Assembly (NCBI GenBank): GCA_040357565.1
Contig: JBDODJ010000074.1
Strand: one strand, 5' to 3'
Origin: Cercozoa sp. M6MM
Lineage: Eukaryota; Protista; Endomyxa: Ascetosporea
Length of the DNA: 56,509 bases
Shown: positions 32,844 through 46,104 of the stretch, one piece after another
How positions within the stretch are numbered: the first letter of the stretch is position 1
Layout: every line of letters begins with the position of its first letter
Notes under the pieces: model-generated
What the model was told of the DNA's origin: nothing
The model's database searches: none
What the model saw: the letters and a program-made list of their open reading frames with translations, nothing else
Program-made: the position numbers and the translations under genes

Positions 32844-34491
32844 ATGTCTCTGGGTCTGAAGGACTTGTATGAGATGATGGTTGGGGAGGGCGACAGGCTG
32901 ACGCGCGGTACGTTTCCCTCCTCTGTCTTCGAGGATTCTCATGTTTGAAAATTGCCACTTGCAGCGAACATGGTGGGCGTGCGCGAGGCGTATTTGGGGC
33001 ACCTAACGACAGTGTACGCGCTGGAGAACTCGAACCTGCAGCTGGAGCGCCTGTATGATTTCTATCAGAGTTGCAAGCAAGGTTGCACGTGTGTATTTTG
33101 TAGTACGAAAGAGCATCCGGAAGTGCAGCAAACTCTCGAAAAACAAGCGAAGCTGACAAAGCACGTCGGCATTGCGAGTGTGCGTTTATACCATACGCAC
33201 ATATTTATATATATATATAGATATAAATTCACTGTATGGTCTTAGGCAATCGGTTTCTGGACGTCGTTCGGTGCAGCTTGTGTGCTCATGTACCGCATGG
33301 TACGTTTGGACCAGTTTATAGCCACCTGGACTTGCCTATTTGCCGTACTGGTTGTGTGGGTATGAAGAGGGAAGCGAGGCTGTTGTACCGTCTCGCTGCG
33401 AGTGCGCTCACCATGTCGATCGGCGCTTCGGTAGCTTTTTACCCCCCTCCCTGTCTCCACCCCCTCTACCCTCTACCCCCTTCTACCCAGCTGGCGACAA
33501 ACAACGTCACGTCAATGTTGACGAAATTTCTGAGCGACGAAAAGAACTTTGTACGTTGGTGCACAAAGCAAGTGTTGTACATGTGGACTGTCTGTGTGCA
33601 TATGGACTGTTGTACAAATGGACTGTCTGTGTGTACTAACGGACCGTTTGTGTGTCCAAATGGACAGGACACACCGGTCGCACTCGCGATGCGAGAGACG
33701 GTGTGCCGTGTGCGAAGTGCCGCCATTGAGCACCTCAATGACGGTACACTCTGTCTGTCGGGTGGGAGTAGGAGGGGGTAAAGGGGTAGAAGAGTGTCTG
33801 CGGTATGTTCGCAGAGAGCGAAGTTGACGTATGCATGCGCAACGTGTTCCACCTGCCGGCGTGGTACACGACGTACCACCCGCTGCCGTCACAGATGGTA
33901 GGGGTCAAAGGTAACGCGGGGGGGGGGTGGAAGGGTATAGGGGGGGGGTAAGGTTTATAGGGGGGTAAAGGTATATAGGGGGTAAACTGCCATGAGGGCA
34001 GGCCAAGGCAGTGGCGGCGCTGGAAGCACCGCACCGCATCGACGCGTCTGTACTGTCAGAACCATTCCGACCGTGCCTGACGTGGATCAATGATCTCAAG
34101 TCACCGCATGGCCACTCAAATCGCACCACTCAGACCGTCAGTGATCGTAGTGGTCACATTGGTCACTCTGAAACCGAACACACCGTGCCGGATCTTCAAA
34201 CGACCGATCAAACCGTCTCCGAACACGAGGACTCCGACCACGCTGCCGCAGAGTTCTACGCGCACGACGACACGCGCACCGACGCCGACGCCGACGCCGC
34301 CTCGCAACTGCTTGTGCACGTAGACAACGACATGCCGCCCTCCTACTTTGTCGATCGGTACCTTTCTGTCTCTGTTCCCTGAGCGATCTCATGTCTGAGC
34401 GATCTCATGTCTGCGCAGAACGAGGACCGAACAACAGCGACGCGAGAAACTCAAGCGCTTCCTCGAAAACAGTGGCCGCAAGCCTGAGTGA
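32844..34491 (+). CDS. Hypothetical protein
   Basis: MSLGLKDLYEMMVGEGDRLTR|ANMVGVREAYL... with exons separated by GT-AG introns; ends RREKLKRFLENSGRKPE*. Confidence 0.6.
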
Positions 34492-34710
34492 TTTTACTTC
34501 AAAGAGGAACCTGCATTTTCATGTTTGGGTCGCAATGTTATCCCAAAATCGATGGCCACCAAACTTGACATTCCTCATCAAGTTACATATCAAAAACGCG
34601 GCAGACAGGAACACTGTTCGTCACATCGTGTGCACTGACTTTGGGGGTGTGTGCCGAAACCTGAAGCCGTATAGTCAAAGTCAATAGTTTGATAACCCAG
34701 CCGTCAGAAG

Positions 34711-35590
34711 ATGGCTGACTCGGTTTTAGAACGTGAGTACTTGGAGGAGTTCAAGGTGAGTATGCACACAGTGTGACTCTTATGTAAGCATTCTGTTGGC
34801 GTATTTGTCGTACTGGTGCCTTTTGTCTTTTCGTGTTATTTTGTCTCTCCCTGTAGGGTGCCTTCCAGCTCGTCGATTCGAGCGGCGATGGGCAGGTAGG
34901 TTGTTATGTGAAAGAATTCTGTGACCTGGATCTGTGCATGTGTGCAGATCTCTGCGGCTGAGCTGCGAGAGGTTTACTCGCGGCTAGGCTATGAGCTGCC
35001 GGAGGAACAGTTGGAGCGCATGATTGCCACTGTACTTCTTCTCATCGTGTGCACTTGTGTTTCTGCAATTGTATCTTGTGCATTAAAGGTCGACACTGAT
35101 GGTGACGGTCAAATCGACTTCGATGAGTTCGTTAGCATGATGACATCGCTCACACCGCAGGCTGATGAGCTCAGAGTAGCTTTCAACTTCTTTGACGGTA
35201 CCTTTGCTCTCGAGCCAAGTTGATGAAGGCAGCCTACGCTTTTGAAACTTACAGTCGACGGAGACGGAAGCATCACGGCCGAAGAACTCGCTCAAACCCT
35301 CCAGACGCTCGGTACAAAGCGAGACATCCTTGTCTGTTGACACACGCACCCAACTTCGTTTCCTGAGTAGGCGAGCACGTGACCGAAAGCGACATCACGA
35401 TCATGATGGTACATTGCACATGCTTTGTTTCTCTTTCATAGAAAGCGTTTGCTCGAAGCAGCAGTTTTGACGTTTTTTTCAACTTTAGGGTGATGCTGAC
35501 AGCGATGGCGACGGACGCATCGATTTCGAAGAGTTCAAGAAGCTCTTTAGGGCGCATGGCCCGCCCAAGGTCGCTGGTGCCAGCTTTTGA
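34711..35590 (+). CDS. Calmodulin-like protein with four EF-hands
   Basis: Loops DSSGDGQISAAE, DTDGDGQIDFDE, DVDGDGSITAEE and DSDGDGRIDFEE; too divergent to be canonical calmodulin. Confidence 0.93.
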
Positions 35591-35961
35591 CCCACTCAGC
35601 ACGGATGAGATCATTGGCAAATTAAGGTATTGTTGACGTCAAACTGATGGAGTCCGGTCGAATTGTCTTATTGTATTATTCATTCACGCACCGCATGATG
35701 GTATACTCACTTCCGTTCAGTTAATACTGGTCGATCTCGACTATTCACTCAGTTCGTCTGACAGTCGAACCGAGTGCTCGTCCGGAACAAGATGACTTCA
35801 GTTAAACATCCCCTTTTAGCCCCCTTACCCCTTATCCTCTCTTTAACTAATTTTGCCTCGAAAAACCCCGCCGTACCCGAGTTGAAGTTTGGTTTAGTGG
35901 CTCTGTTGGCAAGGCTTGGGTACGGATATGTCCGAGAACTGTCAGCAAGTGGATGAAAAGC

Positions 35962-37905
35962 TCAGTCTAAGTCTAGCAGAGGCAAAACTTCGTGCTCGTC
36001 GCCACTTAGAACGTCAACGTTAACGTGATGCTTTCTCCGACGCCAGACACGATAAAGGAGAGCAGCCAAGCACGACAAAAGCACAGTCACACCGAGAAAA
36101 GCCGCGGTAGGGTGCGGACGTGCCTACAGTTTTGCATTAAAGCTCGATAGTCGAGAATGCAAATAAGAAACACGGGCAGTACCCAGAGTAACACGATAAC
36201 AGCAACATGAGTGATATGCCGTAGTATTCGCATAACGAAAGGATGTTGATGCGAGTCTTGCAGCACACATGTTTGCTTCCCAGCAGTCAGAGAGACCGAC
36301 CACAAAGGCGTTGCAGTTTCGCTCTCACTCGCGTATACCTCTGCACGTGCTCTCTGTGTTTACGTTACTTTACTGTATCACAGGGTTCAAACACTCACAG
36401 ACAGTGCAGAAGAAGTGTACGAGCGACTTGTTCTCAAGAGAGAAACGGAGCAAACCAAAATTTGGAACTGTGGATGCTTGCACTTGCAAGGGAGATCGTA
36501 GAATCCAGTTGAGAGTGTGTGCGCACCAGCGAGCCACTGTTTGCCGTCCGAACTGTGTATACTTGATCTTATAATGTATAATAACAGAAGCACAGTGTGT
36601 TTGTACAGGCAAGTATGCGAGCATATCAGCAAAGTGCGTGCGCCAAGTATGCGTAAGTCCACTACTTGTGACTTCCGTGACAACTTCGTCCTCACCTGTC
36701 AAGTTTCTTGTTTAGTTTACCCACGCGTCTGCAAAACGGGATCAGAAAATACCGAGACAAGCCGTGTGTGCCTCGGCAATATGTACATCACCCGAAATGA
36801 GAGCGATACGTCCTCGCAGAGGCAGCAGCATACTCAACAAACGTTGTTTTGGCGACTCGGCGTTTGCTGATTCGAAAGAGCCCCAACTTTCGAACAGGGG
36901 CACTACTTCAGTTTTTGTGTCGGCTAGTATCTGTGGGGGGGGGGAGCTTATGTACAACTACTTTAACACAATCGGGAAAACACACACCTGCAGAGAAGAA
37001 GCAAGGACGACATAAGAATCATTTTCGACAGCGCGATCAAACTGCTTGTGTAGCCATTCGAATTGTGTTTGTCCCACCTACTCTCATTGTACAGCGTACT
37101 GGCGTGCACAAAAGAAGGCTGCGGACACAGGCTACCACATCGGTGTGTACATCAGGACTGCTTTGACGCCACCTGACATCGAGGAGCACAAGCAAAACTG
37201 TTCGATTTTGCAAGTGGAATTCGTACGACGCCGACAGTCCGCGTTCCTTGTGAGGTCGTCTGACAGTCTGGTAACCTCCCAGAAAATTCAAAAAGGCGTC
37301 GCTCATGCCTTGTCGCAGCGACACTAACTGCGAGTTGGCCAGATGTGAGTCATGGTCGTCCCAGACACCTACATTACACTTACTTTCTGTATTCTTATGC
37401 TGCCGTATATTGTCAAAAAACACCCAAAATAGAGCCGTTTCGCCGACGTAAATCCTCGCGGAAGTCATTCTCTCCGGCAGCGAAATGCGCCTGCTTGAAG
37501 TGCTGCTCAACCTCAGGTAGCGATCGTTGTGAACCCAAGTACACCGCCTGCATTAAAACGGTATCTTTGGCGCACACAGTCGGACGTTATTGCGGAGTAA
37601 AACGCACATCGCCAAGCCACACAAAGACGTCGGGCTGCAGGTCGCGCAAGGAATCCCACGCACTCCGCTCGGTGCGCTGGAACCTAGCGTGCGACCTCCG
37701 ACACGACGCGAATGCCACCGTGAGTGACCTGCGTTCCCCAAAAATTGACGCACGAGCTACGTGCGTTTCCGTTTTTTCCTGCACGCTCACACAGAATCAC
37801 GGCCTTTCTTTCGTCAACGATCAAACCAAAGCACAGTATTACATCATAGTCGAAATAAAAAGCTGCCACTGCCCCCAAAAAGAACAGCAATATCCAATTT
37901 GGCAT
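35962..37905 (-). CDS. PhoD-family alkaline phosphatase with signal peptide and C-terminal TM anchor
   Basis: MPNWILLFFLGAVAA signal; VAFASC; PDVFVWLGDAVY; GVWDDHD; LLDVR; LISGDVHIAE; EVTSSGLTH; C-terminal TM then RVWRRRK...EVLPLLDLD*. Confidence 0.9.
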
Positions 37906-38076
37906 CGCAGAAGTCGCATAAAATGCTCTAAACACGACAGCATGCAGTCATTATTCTCTAAATTTCAGCATTCTCTCTTTTAGGAAAAAAGAGCGCTCTT
38001 TTCACTTTCCTGAAGGCACACCCGTGTCGCTCATAAACGCTCCCAGTGTGTGCGTGCGCTATAGAATAACGATTTG

Positions 38077-38727
38077 ATGGGTCGAGGTAGGATATTTTAG
38101 TCTCTGGTCTCGCGAGATCGTCTTGTCTTGGCATGATCTGAGCTTGTGTGGTACAGGTCCCAAGTCGTCGCGCCAGCGACTCAAGACCAAGTACATGATC
38201 GCCAAGAAGGCCAAGGAACACAAGCGAAAGATGAACAAGGCGCTGCGCATCGCCAAGGCGGCCGACCCGGAGTCGTTCAAGGCGGCGCGTCGAAGAAAGC
38301 AGCGACAGGCGGCGCACATTCCTAACAGCTTCCCGGGCAAGGCCGAGATGCTCGCCGCCATCAAGAAGATGCAGGAGGAGAAATTGGCTGAGGTACTGTG
38401 TCTTGTATCAGTCTGCTTTAAACACTTAATTCTGTCGGTTGTTTTATTTGCTCATTCTGGTTCTGATTATCTGTGCGTTTCTCTGGCAGGAAGAGAAACG
38501 CCGCGAGGCGCGTCGTCATCGCCGCGAGAAGCTGCGGAAACAGCGCGCGCTCGAGGAAGAAGAAGCACAGCGCGAATTCCGCGAGAAGCGAAACGGCGGT
38601 GAGGCGAGTGCCGATGCCGTACGTTGACTACTCATCTCTCGTTGCTTGTGTTCCATCTCTGTTGTGTCTGCAGGAGGATCAACCAACAGCAGACGCGGAG
38701 CCACAGGTGTCCACGCGAGAGTGGTAG
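38077..38727 (+). CDS. GNL3/nucleostemin/Nug1 N-terminal (Grn1-type) domain protein with no GTPase domain
   Basis: MGR|GPKSSRQRLKTKYMIAKKAKEHKRKMNK...HIPNSFPGKAEML matches the SKR...KY.I.KK..EH.RK...IPN.FPFK signature. Stop follows a coiled coil at ~145 aa. Confidence 0.82.
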
Positions 38728-39193
38728 ACCAATGGAAGCGCTCATTTGGACATACGATGTGCCGGGCTTGACTTGGACGTGAGTTGGAGCTACACCGGCA
38801 ACATTTTCGGCAACATTTTCAGCTAGCCGAGCGCTCAGCGCTAGCGCGGAGCCGCATGAGTTCCTGCACTTGAGTTTACCGTGAACGAAAATAGTGTATC
38901 GTACGATAACGATATTGATTGTCGGTCAGTCAAGTCTCGAACTCGTCAGCGCGGACCAAGTGTGACTTGAACTAAGCAACTTACTCCCATACTCTTAGTC
39001 GAGTGGTACACGACAGAATTGCCAGTAATTCAGTAAATTTAAATAGCAGACTAAAGAAACAACTCGCGCGCCGGTGAGCTGGAGCAGAAGAGCACCGCGT
39101 CATGGCCAAACGAAACGTCAGGATCAAACGAAATTTCGTGGTACCGTAGATTCGGGAACCCGTCGCACAGCGGACAAGCAGCGCAGAGGGAGC

Positions 39194-40144
39194 TCAGTCC
39201 TTCTTCTTGAGCGCGGCCTCCTTCTTGCTCTGCAGGTAGGCGATCTTGTTGCGCGCCCAGACCTTGTGCGGCAGGGCGAACTTGCTCACAAAGACGGCGA
39301 GCGTGATCTGCAGGATCGAGAAGAAGCACCAGATCGACGCCTGCTCGTACAGGTTGTCCGTGACGATCGTCGACAGGAACGGGCCACCGAGGCACAGGAG
39401 CGCGCCTTGCACCCAGAGCGACTTGACACCCGTGACGAAGAACGGCACAAACTGCGCACAAACAGACATAACAGTGAGTGAGTTGTCCGTGTCAGCATCC
39501 TGGGTAGCGGGGCAGCAACTCTTTGCACCGTGAGTGATACAGTGGACTTACCATCATGAAAAAGTGGATAAAGTTCGACGGCATCCAGTAGGTCGGGGCG
39601 GTCAGAGGAAGCGACCCTGTTGAGTGGGAGGCATGTAAAGACAGATACGGTCAAGTAAGTAGAACAAAGGTACAGGCAAGGTGAGCGTTGCCCTTGAAGG
39701 TGCAGAGCGCCTGCGGACCGCTATGCGCACGCAGCCACTCAGTATTCGGGCACTCGTCGCTCAGCAGCGCCGACGCGAGGGTCTGCTCGTCACGCACTGC
39801 AACAGCACGAAGGTGCACATAGTAACAAGAGCCACAAACAAGACAACGAAGGGTACTGGCAAGGACGAAGCGGGCGAACATCCAGATGCCCTGGATTACG
39901 GCCATCTTGCGGATAACCTTGAAGATCGGCTCGAGCTTGGTGCCCTTGCTAAAAGCACCCGTGAGCACGTGCGTGAAGTACGGCTGGAAGCAGATGTGCT
40001 ACACACATACGTGTATCGCACATACATGCACGACGGACAAGAAGCATTGATGAGACAAAATGAACTTACAAGGAAGCCAAAGACCGTAAGGACCTTGTTG
40101 ATGTACAGGTCACACTGATCGATCCAGATGTCTGTTCATAACAA

Positions 40145-40186
<42 letters not shown>

Positions 40187-40432
40187 GACGATTCGTTGAC
40201 AGTAAAATGCGTAGTACATTGGAACGCCTGCAGGGTCTCCATCGTGACAAAGTACAGAATTCCCGCGAGCAACGACTTGTTGCGGGTCTGCGTCCTGCGT
40301 TAGTAGTCACAAGCATGAAACATCTGCCTGGCATTGACCTGACTACAATTAAATTGATGTGCACCATGTCCAGATGCCGAGCAAGACACCAAACGCGGCG
40401 AAACTCGCCGACATCTCCTGAGAGAAGCACAT
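39194..40432 (-). CDS. DUF5765-like multi-pass membrane protein
   Basis: MCFSQEMS...YFVTMETLQAFQY.WIDQC...NKVLT..GFLHICFQP...LCTFKGNAHLAW...GP...TDNLYEQASIWCFFS; recognised from memory of the family motif. Confidence 0.75.
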
Positions 40433-41112
40433 CCTGTGTGACGAGGTCTGCGCAAACAACACCAACACACATTCAATTCGCTCCCGATTTTTCGTCTCGT
40501 TCGGTTTTCACTTCCGATGGGGCATGAGCAACATGCCCGCGCAATTCAGAGGATGGAGCCAGGAGTACCTCGCAGAGTCACACTACAAACTGCACACCTA
40601 TACAGGCAATTATAGATGAGGAATCAGAGAGCGCGCACCCCGATGATCCGGCCGATTCGCCAGAGGGCAGGAAGATCAAGTGGCGACTTGACAAGCTGGG
40701 ATCAGCAGTGGTTGTCAAAACGCGTCGGTGGGTTTTGAGTGATTCCGAGCCCGTTATCTGCTTTGTTGTGTTGCACGCCTGCTTCACGTGTTTAAATCAA
40801 TCCGCGCTTATCGCGAACTGTATCTTGTGCTTACAAGTCCCGGTGCATGTGTTGCGCCGACTTTTTGTGTGCGAAATTTCTTTTTTAAACTCTTACCTCA
40901 CCCGACAAGTACGCGCTGTTCGCGAGGCCTACCAGATCGCACTGCCTTGTTTTACCACTTGAGTTGTTTATTGTTTTCTTGTCCGAGTGGTGCAACTGCT
41001 TTAACATGGGTTTTATCGTGTTGAGCCGACTGCAACTGACAGGGTTTTTGGATTTTGTAAATTCTCTTTTCTTTTGTTGCGTGGCCCTCAGGGTTGTAAC
41101 GCAAGAGCAAGC

Positions 41113-43067
41113 ATGGTCGTGACGCAAGTGTTGTCGCTGCTGGCCGAGCGCATCGACTCGTCGCGCGTCGTGGTGTTCCTGCTGCTGACAGCGGGTATGC
41201 TGGCGCTGGCCTTCAAGTTCTACTCGCGCGGTCTGCGCAACAAGAGCGCGCAAGTCGAGAAGAAGTGGTTCGGCAAGCTCGATCCGAACCTGTGGTACCT
41301 CGATGGCAAGGCCTACGACTTCACGTCCTTTGCTGACCGTCATCCGGGTGGTCTGCACGCTCTGTGGCTCGGCAAGGGCCGCGACTGCTCGGTATTTGTG
41401 ATTTAGATCAGGCGTACAAAGTGTTTTCCGTAAGATTCGATCTGTGGATCTGTCTGTGCAGGGTCTGTTCCACTCGTACCACTTGCGCCTGCCGTCGCAG
41501 GAGGTGCTGAATAAGTACCTGGCACCGGAGGACAAGCAGCCTAAGATTGACACGACGAACCGCGAGGAGACCGAGGAGTTCTACGGTCGTCAGAAGTTCA
41601 CGTTCGACAAGAACGGATTCTATTCGGTGCTCAAGCAGCAAGTGGTGCAGCACTTTGACGACAAGGGCATTGACTGGAAGAGCGACAACCTGCATTGGTT
41701 CTTCGCCGTTCTGAACGTGGTGTTGCAGCTCGGCTCGCTCGTGGCCATCCTGATCCTGGCGCCCGTGTACGGCTTCCACTGGAGCACCGTGCTGGCCGCC
41801 TTGGTGCACGCATTCGGCCGCAGCATGACCATCGTGCAGGCCACTCACGGCGGCTCGCACTTTGCCGTACTCTTCCTCGTTATAGGTTCTTGTTGGTCTC
41901 TACACCCCCCCCCCCTGCAGCTCTCGCGCAACCCTGCCGTCAACCGCTGGTGGTACCGCATCGGCACCGTGCTGATCGCCATGTGGGCCCCGCCGAACTG
42001 GGACCTGCAGCACGTCGTGGCTCACCACATCTACACGTATCCTTACCCTCTGCTTTCCTTTTAACAGATATACATACATATATATATGTGTGTGTGTGTG
42101 TATATACATACATATATATATATATATGTGTGTATATACATATACATATGTACAATATTTGTCGATGTGTGTATGTGTATGTGCGCAGCAACGAGTGGCC
42201 GTTCGACTCTGATAGCGCCTTCCCGCTCAAGTCGATCGCGGCTAACCAGCGTCGGTTCTGGTACCACAAGTACCAGCACATCTATGCGTGGCTCATCTAC
42301 GCCTTCGTGACGCCGCTGGTGCAACTCAACGCCATCAAGGGTACCTCTCGTCCTTCCCTGCCGTGCAGCATGTAGGCCGGTTGATTAAGACATGTATGCA
42401 TACGAGGTGTTGAAACAGAGCTAGTGACGGGCAAGCAGGTGACGTTCCGCATGCGTTACGACGCGCCGGGCCTGCGCGAGGAGGGCATCATCTGCAGCAT
42501 CCTCGGCTTCTGCTACCAGATCATGCCGCTGGTGCTGGTGCCCTTCGGTCAGATCTGGCACGTGTGGTTCCTCACGACGCTGGCGCACTCGCTCTTCTTC
42601 TCGCTGCAGTTCGTGATCAACCACGAGATCGACGAGGTGCACGACGAGCGCGACGCCACGCGCACAGACTCGCCCAAGCCGCTGCCGTCGCAGCTCCCGC
42701 AGCGCAGCACGGACTGGGGCGCCTACCAGTGCGAGGAGAGCTTCAGCTTCGCGCCGCACTCGCGTCTCGCGCTGTACCTCTCCGGCGGCCTCAACACGCA
42801 GATCGAGCACCACCTGTTCCCGGGGTACCCTTCGATATGTGCAGCACGCACACTTTGCTGTCTCGCTGATCAATATGCTGTGTGTTTGTGTGTAGTGTAC
42901 ACTTCTCGCACTACAAGGACATTGCCGAGATCACGCGTCGTGTCGCCAAGAAGTTCGGTGTGCCATACCGGTCAACGCCGACGCTGCCCTCGGCGTGGCG
43001 CAAGCACTACAACCTGCTCAAGAACCCGCCGACGGCTGTGAAGCGCGACAACAAGAAGTCCAAGTAA
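41113..43067 (+). CDS. Front-end fatty acid desaturase with fused cytochrome b5
   Basis: YDFTSFADRHPGG...LFHSYH (b5); His boxes HGGSH, QHVVAHH and QIEHHLFP; DWGAYQCEES; SGGLNTQ; ends KKSK* (ER di-lysine-like). Confidence 0.95.
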
Positions 43068-43558
43068 CTCTGTAAGCGACTTCAACTCGTCTCCCCGGGA
43101 CAAACCGCGCGGGGGATTCCGAGTCCTTTTTTCTCTCTGCTGCCTGAAGTCGGCTCCGTGCCATCGTTCGTCCCCGTTTGATGCGACGACGAGATTTCTG
43201 ATTTATATATGCACGCGCCCCAGTCGGCTTAAACGACAAATTAGTAACTGAACCTATGATCCTTCGCTCGTCGTTCTGCCTAACTGCTACAAGCCTCCGC
43301 TTCCTTCGGCCTGCAGCTCTTACGCTGCTTTCTAGCCGGCCCAGACTGAACTGACTACTACAGTAGGACTCGGTTCAGTTGGTTCAGGTGACGTTTCGTT
43401 CCGTCAACACTGTACAGTAGGTCTTGCATATGCACACCGGTTTCAGTTGCTAAAACCACCGTGTGGTGATACAGTAGTAACGGAAGGCTATGGAGCATGG
43501 CTTGGACCTGGCACTTGAAGGCGTCGGCTTTGCGTTTGGGCCGTAGGTAGGTACGAGC

Positions 43559-45386
43559 TTAGATAATCGGGCACAGGCCAGCAGGTGGGCAGAGTTCACC
43601 GTTGCAGCAGAAGAGCATGCCACCGTGGCCTGTCAGAATAGATAGATGATTTCGCACTATCACTGGGCTTCATTGCCATTCCGTTTTTTGAGGTTGGAAA
43701 GGGTACAGTTGTTGCCTGCTTTGGCGCACTCTCGTTCCTCCTACATGTGAATACCAGTAAGTGTACATGTTATACTGCGGGATACGTTTCGGGGTAACAA
43801 CTCACAGGGGGGACAATGGGCGGGGCCGGAGGCTTGGTTTCCTGTACATTTACAGAGACATTGTAGGACAGAAAGAAAATGCCGACCAAGCAAAAGGCAG
43901 AAGTAATGTTTACACTAGGAGGACAGGTCTCGCAGGTGATGCCCGGCGCAGTAGCTTCGTCATCGGCCGGATTGGCCAGTGCAGGACTGTTCGGGTTTTG
44001 AACCTGCAACGCAGACAGTGTGCCGCCGAGTTTGTGTGTACGGGGTACAGACAAATTCATGTACCTCGATCGGCAGTGTGTCGATGAGGAGGTGGCCAGA
44101 AACGGTGAAATTGTGACCGGTGGCACTGCTGGACTCCTTGATTACACCACCGGTGCGCGTGATGAAACTCGGCGGCGTTGCCCTGTGTGAGATGGGGTAT
44201 GAACAGGAGTGAGCTTAATCAAAGAAACCGTCACGGTGCTGTACAGAGGGAAGAAGCCGCTCATGCAGTTTGCGTCAGGAGCGTCCCACGAGAAGTTCGA
44301 GTAGCCGGGTGCCGCTCCGTTGGGACCGACGCTGTATAGGATGGAAGTCGTGTCGCTGGCGCTGTTGTAGCAAGCTCGTGTCAACACCGAGTAGGTATCG
44401 TAGACCTGCGCCGTCGATATGGCTACAGTGTAAAGGAACCGTTCATTTTCGGTAGAAAGAAACACGTCAGTGACGGTATAAATGACTAAGAAAGCTCGGG
44501 TACGCTTCGGAATGCGAACTTGCTTGGTTGGGAACTGCACGCAGTCGCACGAAATCTGGGTGTACTCAATGCTACTCGAAATGCAAGGAGGGCAGCACGG
44601 CGGGGTCTGTGTAAATCCAGGCAAGCAGAGTTACTTGTCGCGCCAGTTGACAACAAGTCAGTGGCCACTTTACCGGAGGAGGAGGTGTCGGAGGACGAGA
44701 AGGCGGTACAGAAGGCGGCACAGAAGGCGGCACAGAAGGCGGCCGCGACGGTGGAGACACCGGTGGCTATAATAAATAGTAGCAAGGCATTGAATCGAGA
44801 TGCTGTAAGCCATTGTCGGGTCAAAAGGGAACACATTCATTTGTTGTATTGAGAGTGTTACAGGAGAGGAAGGTGGGGGAGGTTGGATGGATGGCGGTGT
44901 GGGCACTGGCGGTGGGGCTACGCAAGCGTTGAAGATAGAGGATTGGTCTCACGGGTAAGTAACTTGATATCATACGGACGGGGGAGTCGTCGTCGCTCTG
45001 CAGGCCCAAGCCAAGACCGAGACCTACACACTCGGCAGCTCGTTGTTCCTGAGAGAGAGAAAGAGGTGGACACAGAAGCGATACCAAGACCTAGCGCCAG
45101 CAGCACGAACACCAACACAGCACAGACTCCAAGCAGTTTGTATTTCGTGCCGCAGTAGAAACCTTCCTGTTGTACACAGCACATGCGTCGCCTGTGGCAA
45201 ACTGGCACTCGTGTGGAAAAGTGAGCGGAATGAACATACAGTGGTGCACGTGTCGCAGTCACTGCTGCCGGGGCGGGCATACGGTGCACTCGGAGGCGCG
45301 TAGCGTTGTTGACCCATCGGAGGCACCGGGGACATGCCCATTGGCGGTGCCGCAAAGGGCGACGGACTGCGCGGAGGACCTTGCAT
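43559..45386 (-). CDS. Type II membrane protein with Pro-rich stalk and Cys-rich ectodomain, family unknown
   Basis: Pro-rich N-tail MQGPPRSP...; TM LLGVCAVLVFVLLALGLGLGLGLGL; (PPSV)n stalk; CCPPC, CDC, CETC, CC...C...C; ends GLCPII*. One middle junction unresolved. Confidence 0.65.
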
Positions 45387-46104
45387 CTGTCAACCTGGCA
45401 ACTAAAAACAAAGATCATGTTAAGTGCACAAAATACAAACAGATTTTTCTCCGGGTACGCTGCCCAGTGTTGCCAGTGTCGTAAGCCCCTTACCGTGGAG
45501 TAGAAGCCTGAGTACGTACTTGCGTAGAACAGTGCGGATAAACTCTCAATGCATATGCGTTGCGCCAAAAAAATTGCACCGACACGGCATTTGTTTCGGA
45601 CTTGGCAGCTTCCATGAACAACAGAACTACTGAATGTTGTTTCACGCCAAACGACGAAGATTTCATCAGACCGCGCAGCCACGATGAACCGTCAGGCTTG
45701 CGCTGTAAGCTTAAATTGATGAACAGCAATGCGCCAGCTTCGCGTACCTGCCCTAAGCAAGATTTGTTGGCAGTGATACGGTTCCAGTTTCCCAATGATA
45801 ATAAACTTGAAATAGCTGAGCGGATGACTTCCCAATGAGAGAAGCGTTTCTTCAAAGGACCAAAACCAAGTATTCGGCCGGTGAAAATCCTGGCTAAAGG
45901 TCTCGCGTAGACTCGCAGGAACTGTTAGTGAAGGGCGACGAATCTTCGGCACCGACCGAACCAACGCCCACTCGAGTCACCAATAGGTCGGTTGAGATTT
46001 TGGCAAATGCCAGCTTTTAAGCTGGATTTCGACTGTAATTAATTTGTTGTTAACAGGTCCATAGAGGAATCAAGGGAAGTGACGCATTGAACGAATCAGG
46101 GGAC

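Noticed and set aside
40520-40538. p53-like response element
   Set aside because: Imperfect match and no reason to expect p53 here; treated only as an inverted repeat.
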